In this document: positions 28,265 to 39,300 of the stretch, one piece after another
Layout of the letters: every line of letters begins with the position of its first letter
Position numbering within the stretch: the stretch's first letter is position 1
From: Bacteriovoracia bacterium
GTDB lineage: Bacteria; Bdellovibrionota; UBA1018; JBFWNL01
Direction: 5' to 3'
Assembly (NCBI GenBank): GCA_050251055.1
Contig: JBFWNL010000002.1
Span: forward strand, 448,001-512,000
DNA length: 64,000 bases
The notes under the pieces: model-generated
What the model saw: the letters and a program-made list of their open reading frames with translations, nothing else
Database searches by the model: none
Told to the model about the DNA's origin: nothing
Translations under genes and position numbers: made by a program

Positions 28265-29365
28265 CTAGCGGACGTTAGTCATCCAGCGTCCCATGGCGAT
28301 GCGGGAGAGGCCGGCCATCTCCCGGCGGGAGACCAACGTCAGGGATCCGTTTGAGGAGTCGACCCGGTAGGTGTAGAGCACCGGTGTTTCCGTGCTGTAT
28401 GTCCGTACGCTGTAAAGAAAGCGGCCTTCGGCGTCGATGACCGTGGAATTGGTGGTGCCGTAGCCGGTGCTAATCCGCAAGTCCTGGCGCTCGGTCAAAG
28501 AGCTCCCATCGAATTCTAAGACTTTCATCTGATCTCCAAAACCGAGATAGATGAAGCGACCGTTAGGCGTCACCGCCGCGTTTCGGATGGATGCGACATA
28601 GTCAGTGGAGCCCAGGAAAGCCACTTGAGAAAAACGGGCTTCAGAATCGATCGCATAGACTCGCATCCCCGCGGTCAACGATCCCACGTAGAGATAAGTC
28701 TGAGAAGCGTTCATCGCGAGCCAATGCGTCGCGAAACTTTCCTCTTGCACCAAACTAAAGGTTCCGTCGTCGTAGTAGTGATAGGAGCGCAGGTTCACCG
28801 AGCTGCCCGAAAAAATATCGTTGGAGGTTTCTCGAAACGCGAGCGCGTGGGGGATATCCGCGAAGACGACGGGCGTGCCTCTTTGCGTGAGACTGCCGTT
28901 GGTACCCACGTCGTAGGCGCCGAAACCCCTATTCATCCCGCTCTGGTAGCCCAGAAACACGATCTCGACGGTGGGGTGAAAGGCGAGAGGACTAAACAGG
29001 GAAGCCGATACATCGAAAGCGGCCGCGGGTCGGGCCGTGAAATCGGCGCTCGTGCTGAGATCTAGATACTGAACTCGCTTGGTCTCCGCCGAAGTCGTAG
29101 CCCCGTAAATCACTAAATGCGAGTAAGCGGGATGCAGGTACACGTTGTAAAAGAACTCCAAGTTCTGAAACCCCAGCAGCGTGGAAATATCGCCCGTGTC
29201 GCGATCAAGCTGGTAAGTTTCCGCCCGGTATTGGCTACCATCCGTTAAGAACGCGTACAACGTCGTGTGCGCCTGCACGGCCCGACGAAATCCGGCCGAA
29301 CACGCGGTGCCCCCGATCCCCAGACAGACCGCGAGTATTCCGGCGATGCGCACGCTTCGATACAT
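28265..29365 (-). CDS. Lactonase-like beta-propeller lipoprotein
   Basis: Lipobox GTAC; repeated blades AFHPT, TPNGRFIY, DAEGRFLYS, YRVDSSNGSLT. Confidence 0.7.
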   Translation of the reverse strand: MYRSVRIAGILAVCLGIGGTACSAGFRRAVQAHTTLYAFLTDGSQYRAETYQLDRDTGDISTLLGFQNLEFFYNVYLHPAYSHLVIYGATTSAETKRVQYLDLSTSADFTARPAAAFDVSASLFSPLAFHPTVEIVFLGYQSGMNRGFGAYDVGTNGSLTQRGTPVVFADIPHALAFRETSNDIFSGSSVNLRSYHYYDDGTFSLVQEESFATHWLAMNASQTYLYVGSLTAGMRVYAIDSEARFSQVAFLGSTDYVASIRNAAVTPNGRFIYLGFGDQMKVLEFDGSSLTERQDLRISTGYGTTNSTVIDAEGRFLYSVRTYSTETPVLYTYRVDSSNGSLTLVSRREMAGLSRIAMGRWMTNVR

Positions 29366-29474
29366 CCGTAAATAGTAGCGTGGCCCACCTCGTAAATCCA
29401 ACCGTCAATGGATTGTCGGCGGAAAACCGAGACCACGGAATGCGTTTGGATAGTACAATGTCCTCGGAGGCCGA

Positions 29475-30701
29475 TTGTCTTCAATCCTCAAACCGTTCTT
29501 CGCCCTGAGTCTGACCTTGGCCGCCCTGGCTTGCGCGACGCCGATCGACCGCCGCCCGTCCGACGACCCGCCGGCGCGACCACCCCGCTTCCGCCCGGAA
29601 GATACGATCGCGCGCCTTCAAAAGGCTGGCACCCTGCGTGTAGCCGCGACGGCAGAAAAACTGGCCACATCGATCGAACTACCGGCCGGCACCCGCGTCG
29701 TGCGCCTCAATCCCGAAGGGGAAGTCCTCCTTCGCTGGAACGGTCAAATCCTCCACGGCCGGATCCCTCCCGACATTTTGGGCGGCTGGTCTTGGCCCGC
29801 TCACGTGCCCCCTGACTGGGAGATATTCCGGCAGGAGGCCGAACTTCATCTTTACGTGCTCACCCTCGAAACGCGGGCATTCGCCAAGATGACGGAAAAA
29901 ATTCGATCCCGCTTAGCGAAGCAGAACGCGCGGCCGCGGGAGGCGGCTCAGGCCGCGTGGCTCCAGGCGCTGGAGCGGGTGAGGGCGCGGATCGCTAGCT
30001 CTGATCTCGATAAGCCCGGGAGCCTGGAAAAAGCGCAGACGGAAATCGGCAGCGCCCTGGGCCTAGACCTGGCGAGCGCGATCCTCGCCGTACCCATCTC
30101 CGAGTTTTGGCTCCTCACCCAACCCTCGCTGGGCGAAGCCCTGAAACGAGGCGAGTTCGATCCGCTGCGCTCCCACCTGCGGGGGAACTCCGGAGAAGGG
30201 GTTTCGACCCCAGCGGATCGGGCCGTGATTTTCCAGCAGCTTCTGCGGATACAGCGCCTAACTGAAGGCACGGCCGACGAGGGGGCAACTCCCGAGAGCA
30301 TTTGGTTGCAAAGCTCGAACGCCGCGGATCGATCTAAAATCAAATCGATCGTGTTCATCCACGACGGGAGCTGGGAGCGCCACTCCGCCCCCCTTGCCCC
30401 GCGCATGTGGGCCGACTTCATCCCGATCGATGCCGCCTTAGGCGCGCTTTCTGCCGATCCGATTTTTTCGATTCTCTTACATGAAATGAACGTAAATTCC
30501 TCCGATCCGCAGGTCTTGCCCCAGGACTCGCACGGCTCGGCGGACTACGGACAAGCCGTGTGGGAATCCTCCCGGGAGGATTTAGACAAAGCCTTGGCCA
30601 AGCCCGAGGATCGACGCACCCTCTTCCAAATCAGGCCCGAGCTGAGCCTCGTTTACGTCGCGATGATCCTGCAGGAAATGGAAAACACGGAGCGCCGCTA
30701 A
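29475..30701 (+). CDS. Hypothetical lipoprotein
   Basis: GGAGG RBS with TTG start, lipobox ALAC. Confidence 0.65.
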   Translation: MSSILKPFFALSLTLAALACATPIDRRPSDDPPARPPRFRPEDTIARLQKAGTLRVAATAEKLATSIELPAGTRVVRLNPEGEVLLRWNGQILHGRIPPDILGGWSWPAHVPPDWEIFRQEAELHLYVLTLETRAFAKMTEKIRSRLAKQNARPREAAQAAWLQALERVRARIASSDLDKPGSLEKAQTEIGSALGLDLASAILAVPISEFWLLTQPSLGEALKRGEFDPLRSHLRGNSGEGVSTPADRAVIFQQLLRIQRLTEGTADEGATPESIWLQSSNAADRSKIKSIVFIHDGSWERHSAPLAPRMWADFIPIDAALGALSADPIFSILLHEMNVNSSDPQVLPQDSHGSADYGQAVWESSREDLDKALAKPEDRRTLFQIRPELSLVYVAMILQEMENTERR

Positions 30702-30705
30702 GCGA

Positions 30706-31422
30706 ATGAACCGTCGCAGCCTCATCGTCCTGACGATCCTCGGTGTCACCTACGCCGCGATCATTTCCTGGCGGCCCGACCTTCTGGATCCCGAGCCGGA
30801 AATGGACTGGCTGCTCGGCGCGATCTGGCTCGGTCTGACGCTGGCTTGTATCTATCGCGTGGAATGGCGGAATTTCACTAAGCTCCTGGTAGCGGGATTC
30901 CTGGGCGGCGCCCTGATCGAATGGTGGGGAACGACCAATCAGATCTGGGACTACTACACGCACGAAAAACCCCCGCTCTGGATCATTCCCTGCTGGCCGG
31001 TTTCGGCGCTTGCTTTCGATCGGATGCTCGCCTTTTTCGATCCCGGCGAAGCACGCATGCGGAAGATCGAAAAACTCTATTGGCTTTGCGTTCCCGGCTA
31101 CGCGCTTTACATGACGGGATTTGCCTGGCCCTTTCGCCACGCCATTTCTACCTGGGGCATGTTCGCCATTCTTTATTCGGTGGCGTTTCTCAAACCCCGC
31201 CCGGCCCACGACCTGGGGGTTTTCCTCATTGGGTCGCTCTATGGTTGGGTGATGGAGTACTGGGGAACGTCGAACTACATCTGGACTTACTACACTTACG
31301 AGACGCCGCCCGCCGCGGCCGCCATGGCCCATGGCTTCGCCGCGGTCTTCTTCGCCCGCGTGGTGCGAGTCTTTGAATGGCTAGTTATCTATTTGAAATC
31401 AAAGCAGAAACAAATAAATTGA
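30706..31422 (+). CDS. Integral membrane protein with an internal duplication
   Basis: Two repeats: EWWGTTNQIWDYYTHEKPP and EYWGTSNYIWTYYTYETPP. Confidence 0.75.
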   Translation: MNRRSLIVLTILGVTYAAIISWRPDLLDPEPEMDWLLGAIWLGLTLACIYRVEWRNFTKLLVAGFLGGALIEWWGTTNQIWDYYTHEKPPLWIIPCWPVSALAFDRMLAFFDPGEARMRKIEKLYWLCVPGYALYMTGFAWPFRHAISTWGMFAILYSVAFLKPRPAHDLGVFLIGSLYGWVMEYWGTSNYIWTYYTYETPPAAAAMAHGFAAVFFARVVRVFEWLVIYLKSKQKQIN

Positions 31423-31508
31423 TCAATTCAGTCCGATTATGCTCTAATTAAAGAACGGGTAAAAAGGGAAGGTCAGAACGCGGCCCGGCCGCAAAAGCAT
31501 GAGGGTTT

Positions 31509-31583
31509 ATGCTGACTTTCCTGATCGTGCTCGGACTCACCACCGGTAGTTTTCTCCTCTATCTATTGGACGCGCCCGCTTAA
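31509..31583 (+). CDS. Small hydrophobic protein (24 aa)
   Basis: MLTFLIVLGLTTGSFLLYLLDAPA, GAGGG immediately upstream; below the ORF-track cutoff. Confidence 0.4.
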   Translation: MLTFLIVLGLTTGSFLLYLLDAPA

Positions 31584-31593
31584 GCGGAAACCC

Positions 31594-32292
31594 ATGTACA
31601 ATCGGGCCATGCTTTTACCGGCCCAATCCCGAGAAGGAATTCCTTGGCGCGAATACGCCTGGCCGGCCCTGCTCATCGCCATTCCTCTCTCGCTCGTTCT
31701 GGAGATTAGCCTTAAACTCTACGGCCTGACGTTGCGACGAGCCCCGACTCCGGCGGCGAACGTGCCTCGAAACGCCATCGTTTTTCTCTTTCACGGCGAC
31801 ATTTACTGCAGCGTCTTTCAAGATTACGGTGCCCGTGAGTTCGGCGTCGGCACTTTCTTAGGCGCGCACTCCTTCCTCTCTTACGTCTGGATATGGCGCA
31901 CCTATTGGATGGGCTACGGAGTTCTGCGATACGACCGACGCCGACAGACCGCGAAGCTAATTCCTTGGATTGTCGACTATATGAATCGGCACGCATCCTT
32001 GCCTTTCGCCTTGCGCACCGACTCGGGCGGTCCTTACGGAAAAGTGAGGGGTTCTATAGTGGATCTGGCACGAGCGACGAACCGGCCCGTCGTCGGGGCA
32101 CGCCAGCTCGCCGACCGAGCTTGGGTAGTGCGCAGCCACGCGCTGCCGCTACCCTTCGCCCGACTTCAAACACGCGTCACCGTGCCGATTTTTCCCGCCG
32201 AATTAGAAGGACTGAGCCGCGAGGACGCGATGCGGAAACTCCAGATCGCGATGGACGCTTTGGCTTCCGAGCCAGGCAACACCAAAAAATAA
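31594..32292 (+). CDS. Divergent DUF374 / LPLAT-superfamily acyltransferase-like protein
   Basis: AIVFLFHGD, RTDSGGPYG..RG...LARAT.RPVV, LPLPFA resemble DUF374 blocks. Confidence 0.55.
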   Translation: MYNRAMLLPAQSREGIPWREYAWPALLIAIPLSLVLEISLKLYGLTLRRAPTPAANVPRNAIVFLFHGDIYCSVFQDYGAREFGVGTFLGAHSFLSYVWIWRTYWMGYGVLRYDRRRQTAKLIPWIVDYMNRHASLPFALRTDSGGPYGKVRGSIVDLARATNRPVVGARQLADRAWVVRSHALPLPFARLQTRVTVPIFPAELEGLSREDAMRKLQIAMDALASEPGNTKK

Positions 32293-32293
32293 A

Positions 32294-32325
32294 ACGGCCG
32301 GTCCCCCTTGCGAGCGACCGGCCGC
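32294..32325. terminator. Hairpin terminator between convergent genes
   Basis: CGGCCGGTC...GACCGGCCG stem preceded by an A-run (T-run on the minus strand). Confidence 0.55.
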
Positions 32326-32351
32326 CGAATGAAACCAAATAAGAAGGATGA

Positions 32352-33836
<1,485 letters not shown>

Positions 33837-33881
33837 TCGTTTCTCCTTCTTTCTCTAGCTAACTGACTCTCTTTTCTAAAC

Positions 33882-35171
33882 CTAAACCGTTTCCCTAAAA
33901 TCCACGGGCAGCCGGACGCGAAACTCCGCCCCCTTGCCCAACTCGCTCTCGACCACGATCGTGCCCTGGATCTTGTTCAAGATTCCGTAACTGAGGCTCA
34001 GGCCCAATCCCATCCCCTTGCCCACTTCCTTCGTGGAGAAGAACGGATTAAAGGCCTTGGACTTGGTCATTTCGCTCATGCCCACGCCGTCGTCGCGGAA
34101 CGCGACTTCTACGAATTTTCCCACCCGGCGCGTCTTGATCTCAAGCTTGCCGCGGCCCCGCTTAGTGGATTCGATGGCGTCGCGCGCATTAGTGGCGAGG
34201 TTGATAAAGATCTGCTCGAGCTGGACCGGGTTGGCGTAGATTTCCGGCACATTGGCGTCGAAATCCTTCACGACTTCGATCCCGCGCGAAGCGAACTGTC
34301 GGTTCATGAGCTTCAACGTTTCTTCGATCGCCGTATGGACGTGGGTCATCTCGAGGCCTTCCACGGACTTGCGCGTAAACGAGCGAAGGTACTGAATGAT
34401 CTTGGCCATCTTATCCACGGCGGCGATGATTTCCTTGAGCGAAACCTCGACCATCGGGGTCTCAGGCTTACCCTGGATCAAGGGCACGATGAGATCCGTC
34501 AGCTCCTGTGCGTAACCGCGCACGCCCTGCAGGGGCTGATTGAGCTCGTGGGCGATGCCGGCGGCTAACTCCCCGAGCGCGGCCATCTTGCCGGCCTGCA
34601 CGAGGGTGTCCTGCATCGACTTGAGCTCCAGGTTGGACTTTTCGAGCTGATAATACGCATTTTTGAGCTCGGCGTGCTTCGTGATGAGCTCGCGCTCAAG
34701 ACTCTTCTTTTCGGTCACGTCGCGAATCAGCGCGAAGAAGAGCGGCTGGCCCGAATTACTGACGTGGCGGACGCTGAGCTCCACCAAGCGTACGTAGCCG
34801 TCCTTACGCAAAAGTGCGACGTCCTCGTAGGTGCCGGGGGTCGCGAAGACCTCGGCCGTGAGCGCACGGGCCCGGCTCGGGATGTGGTGAACTTCGGGGT
34901 TAGGAACTAGGATGCTGACGTTCTGGCCGTCGAGCTCGGCCTCTATGTAGCCCGTCACCTCTTCGAAGGCGCGGTTCAAGTCGTCGATGCGGCCGTCGGG
35001 CAAGACGGTGATGATGGCGTCAGAAGCTTGCTCGAACAGGATCTGGTACTTCGTCGCGACCTCGTCGACGGCGCGCGTGATCGGGATTGCCTGACCGGGC
35101 GTGGCCCCACCCGAGGTCCCGGCGACCTCTTCGACTACGCGTAATTTCTGTTTTGACTTAGCGGACGGCAC
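33882..35171 (-). CDS. Cytoplasmic PAS-domain histidine kinase
   Basis: PAS (NRAFEEVTGY..RKDG..DVTE), AHELNQPL, NARDA, DDGVGM, PFFSTK, GMGLGL. Confidence 0.93.
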   Translation of the reverse strand: MPSAKSKQKLRVVEEVAGTSGGATPGQAIPITRAVDEVATKYQILFEQASDAIITVLPDGRIDDLNRAFEEVTGYIEAELDGQNVSILVPNPEVHHIPSRARALTAEVFATPGTYEDVALLRKDGYVRLVELSVRHVSNSGQPLFFALIRDVTEKKSLERELITKHAELKNAYYQLEKSNLELKSMQDTLVQAGKMAALGELAAGIAHELNQPLQGVRGYAQELTDLIVPLIQGKPETPMVEVSLKEIIAAVDKMAKIIQYLRSFTRKSVEGLEMTHVHTAIEETLKLMNRQFASRGIEVVKDFDANVPEIYANPVQLEQIFINLATNARDAIESTKRGRGKLEIKTRRVGKFVEVAFRDDGVGMSEMTKSKAFNPFFSTKEVGKGMGLGLSLSYGILNKIQGTIVVESELGKGAEFRVRLPVDFRETV

Positions 35172-36051
35172 TCAGGAACGCCCCTGCCCTTTCCATGTCT
35201 TTCAAAAACTGCTCTTCGATTTTGGGGATATCGTCGTGCTGAAGGCCCAGCGGCTCGTACATATCCCGCGTCACCACGCCCTTCGACCAATCGCCCGACT
35301 TGCCCACCTTGTTCTTCACGCAAAGCGTGTTGGCGAGACGGACCATCTGGATCACCGGCTTTTCTGAAGCCAGGATCGTCGACATTTCGCTTACATCAAT
35401 GTGGTGATAGCGAATCGCGCTACGGATCACCTGGGGTAGGCCCCACTTCGCCGCGATCACCTCGCCCAAATAGGAATGGCCCGGCAGTTCGTATTCTTTT
35501 TCCACTTCAACAAAGGTGCACTCGCGCTTCACCGTCGCGCCCATGATGGCCATCAAGCGCTTCTTGTCGATCTCATGCAGCACGAGCTTACCGATGTCGT
35601 GCAGAAGCCCACAGGTGAAGGCCGTCTCCGGACGCACGTGGCCCAGGCGTTTGGCCAGAAGCTCGCTACACACGGCGGTGCCCAGCGCATGCTTCCAGAA
35701 ATCCAGCATGGAAAGCTCCGCGCCCTCGATCTCTTGGAAGAGGGAGAACACGGACAGGCCTAGGATCAGCTGGGCGATGGTATTAAAACCCAGATAGGCC
35801 AGCGCGCGCTGCACGTCCGCGCAGCCGCCGGGAATGGCGTAATACGAGGAATTCGCCAGGCGGAGGATCTTCGCGGTAAGGACCTGGTCTTTTTTCAATA
35901 GCGCGGCGATATCACCGCTGGAAGACGTAGGGTCGTTAATCAACTCGTTCACCTTCATGGCTACGATCGGCAACGTCGGGATATCTTGCAGCTTCGCCAA
36001 AAGCTCGGTGTACTCGGCATTGCTTTTCGGGGCGGATGCGGGCAGCGCCAT
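35158..36051 (-). CDS. HDOD domain protein
   Basis: IPTLP, D..LTAKILRLANSSYY, FWKHAL, GLLHDIGK, WGLP..I..AIRYHH. Confidence 0.92.
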   Translation of the reverse strand: MALPASAPKSNAEYTELLAKLQDIPTLPIVAMKVNELINDPTSSSGDIAALLKKDQVLTAKILRLANSSYYAIPGGCADVQRALAYLGFNTIAQLILGLSVFSLFQEIEGAELSMLDFWKHALGTAVCSELLAKRLGHVRPETAFTCGLLHDIGKLVLHEIDKKRLMAIMGATVKRECTFVEVEKEYELPGHSYLGEVIAAKWGLPQVIRSAIRYHHIDVSEMSTILASEKPVIQMVRLANTLCVKNKVGKSGDWSKGVVTRDMYEPLGLQHDDIPKIEEQFLKDMERAGAFLSAVR

Positions 36052-36322
36052 TCAAGTCTCCTGTTTCGCTTCGAGGGAGTGACCTCTCTGCTAATCGGAC
36101 ACATGTGTCGGTTTCTGAAATGATTTCGAACTCGCTCCCGATTCACCTAGCGTTCCGCGGGGAGCCCACAAATGACGTTACTGACCCAGTATAACGCGAC
36201 ACATCAATACCTGACAAATTTATTTTAATAAACTAAATAAGTTTATGTATCTAAAATAAATAACCCGAAATAACCTATCTTTCTTGTCACCAAATCCTGT
36301 CCAGGTTATGACGCAATGCGAT

Positions 36323-39300
36323 ATGGATTTCTCTGGGTTCTCTTTCCTCCAATTTGTGGTCGGAATCTGCCTTTCTTTGGCTTCCATAGCCCCCACGTGG
36401 GCAGCCGAGAACCCTAATCCGTCGGCCTCCTTCACCTCCCCTTTAGCCATGGGCGTTGGCCATGCCTGTGTGATCACCGAAGCCGGCCTAAAGTGCTGGG
36501 GCCCGAATAACGCCTTTGGCCAGCAAAACGTGCCCCCGAATTTAGGCACGCCCTTCGCCGTCGCCGCCGGCGACTATCACACCTGTACAATCGTGCACGA
36601 CCTCGCCTACTGCTGGGGCAAGAACGACAATGGCCAACGCGACGTCCCTGACGACTTGCCAGCGCCGGTGATGGAAATCGCGGCCGGCTACCAACACACC
36701 TGCGCGATCGCCGCCAACCAGGTTCACTGCTGGGCGAAGGAATACAAGAACGGCCAGGCCTCCCCCGAGCATAAGTTCGCGGATGAGTACCAAAGCGGGG
36801 GCTTTAAGAATCCCCGGGGATTAGTGGCCGGCGAAGATCACACGTGCGTAATTACCGATACCGGTGTGCGGTGCTGGGGCCTCGATAGCGCGGGCCAGGC
36901 TTCGCCTCCGAAGGACCTCCCCCCGGCGCTCATGCTCGCGGCCGGCGCCCAACATACTTGCGCGCTCCTTGCCGAAACCAAGGCAATTCGGTGTTGGGGG
37001 AAAGTGATCGGCGGCCCGCTGGAGCCCGAAGCCGGCCTCGTCAATCCACGCGCGATTTTCGCCGGCAAACAACACACCTGCGCGCAAACCGACGATGGAC
37101 TGCGGTGCTGGGGCGCCGATATCCCTGGCGTCCTGAGCGTACCGCCGCAATTTCCCAAGCATATCTACGGGGCCTCCGGCGGCTGGAAAAACACCTGCGT
37201 GGCCCTACGCGCGAACGTTCACTGCTGGGGCAAGGATAAAGATGCTTTCAACCGCGCCTATCCCGGCGGAATCCCGCTCGCCGACCTGGCGCCTTACGCC
37301 AGCTTGGGCGCGGCTCGTAACTCGGAGAAAAACTCCACCGAAAGCGTGTTCGCCGAAGAGATCACCCTGAAAAACCCACGCTACCCGGGCACCGATAAAT
37401 TCTTCCTGCACCCAAGCCAATTCAACAATCCCGAACGCCCCCTGACGGCCAACGGGATCTGCAAAGTCCTGGGATACGAAAAAGCCACGTCCGCCGGCGC
37501 GAAGTCCTCCTCCTTTTATGGCAAGGCCTATTCCGTCGACGACAACGGCGAACTCGTCGCCTATCACAGCAACTCGCTCACGGTCAGCTACATCACCTGC
37601 CAGAATCTGCTTCGCAAAAATCCGGTGGGCAAGCTCGCCCGCATAGAAAATCCGAAGTATCCCGGCCAAGACCTGCCCTTTACCGCCTTAGGCGGATCGA
37701 ATCCCGCCACGGCCGAAAACGGCGTATGCCGCCTCCTGGGTTTCGCACGCGCCCTGAAGTTCAGCTCCCAACCCGATACGTCCGCCAACCTCCTCGGCGC
37801 CGTGATAAGTGAAACCGGTGAGCTAGTGGGAGTGCGCAATCAAAACGCCATCAAGGAACTGGTTTGTATCGACCCGTCCCCCGCGGCGCCTCCCGAAGAA
37901 ATTTTCAGCCTTAAGGACCCCAAAGTACCTGGAACCCAGCTTCCGTTCCGAAGTGGAATCTCGGGCCCGCAAGAACATGGAGTTTGCAAAGCCTTGGGCT
38001 ACGAAAGCGCGGTCATCGGTAGCGCCAGCGGTTCGGGAAACGCAGGCCAAGGCGTGACTCCCGACGAACAGGGAAAACTCGTGGAGTTAACCAACAACGT
38101 CTATCCGATCTCCCAAATCATCTGCAAAAAACGCCTCGAGAACCTCCGGCTTCCGGCGGTAACCCAAGTGGACAATCCGCTCCACCCTGGAGTGAAGCTG
38201 CCCTTTTTATTGACCGGACAGGCGTGGGACGAATCGGCGATCTGCAGGGCGATGGGTTTCGAGTACGGCGTCCGACGCTCGGCGACTTCGTCAGGCCCGG
38301 CGGCGGCTTATTCCGTTTACCTCGACCAAGAGGCGCGAGTGAGCCACTTGGGCGTGAACGCGAACCCCGTCGGCAAGGTCCTTTGCGTGAACGCGCGCCC
38401 GGGCGGGGAGAGCCAGGAAAACGGCGAATGGGTAAACGACCCGGTCTACCCGGGTACGTCGTACGCCTTTGGCATGCAGGACAAAAACAACATGGGCCAA
38501 CCATCGGAGAAGGGCACCTGCCGTCTTCTCGGTTATGAACGCGCGGCGCGTGGATCGGGAGGTCCGAACGCCAACGGCCTCGGCCCGGCCTTATTCGTGG
38601 ACGAGGAAGGGAAAATCACCCAAGGCGGATCGGCCAGCTACCGGCTCGGTAAGATTTTTTGCCTGAATCCTTCGACGCCAACGCCGCCCGAAGCGGTCGC
38701 CGAGTTAAAGGACCCGGTCCACCCCGGCTTCAACCTCCCCTTCGCGAACAGCCCCTACGGCCAGCAAGACCTCCCGTCGGGAATTTGCAAATCGCTCGGA
38801 TACGAGCGCGGCGTGAATTTTTCCGCGGTCGCCAACGGAAAACCCGCGCAGGCAATTCTGGTCGACAACTCTGGACAGCTGGCCTCCGTGGTCACCAACC
38901 AAAACCTGGTCTCCCAAGTGATCTGCCTGAATCGTTTGACCGAATTTAAGATGCAAAACGGACGCTACATCAATGTGCCAACTTACCCGGGAACTACCTA
39001 CGCTTTCGGGTATTCCAATATCTCGGGGGGCGGTCCATTTCCGAGCGACGGCATCTGCCGCCTGCTGGGTTACTCCAAATCGGCCGCGCACCTCACTCAA
39101 TCGGGTCCAAGCACCCCAAGCCCGGTGGTTTATGTAAATCCCGAAGGCAAGCTCACGCAAGCAAGCCCTGCCTCCACAAGAATCGAAAATGTCTTTTGCC
39201 TGGATAAAACCGAAGCCCTCGCCCCCGAATCCGTCACCGAGCTAAAGGATCCGGTCCATCCCGGATTTAATCTACCGTTCTACTATAACTACTATCAGGC

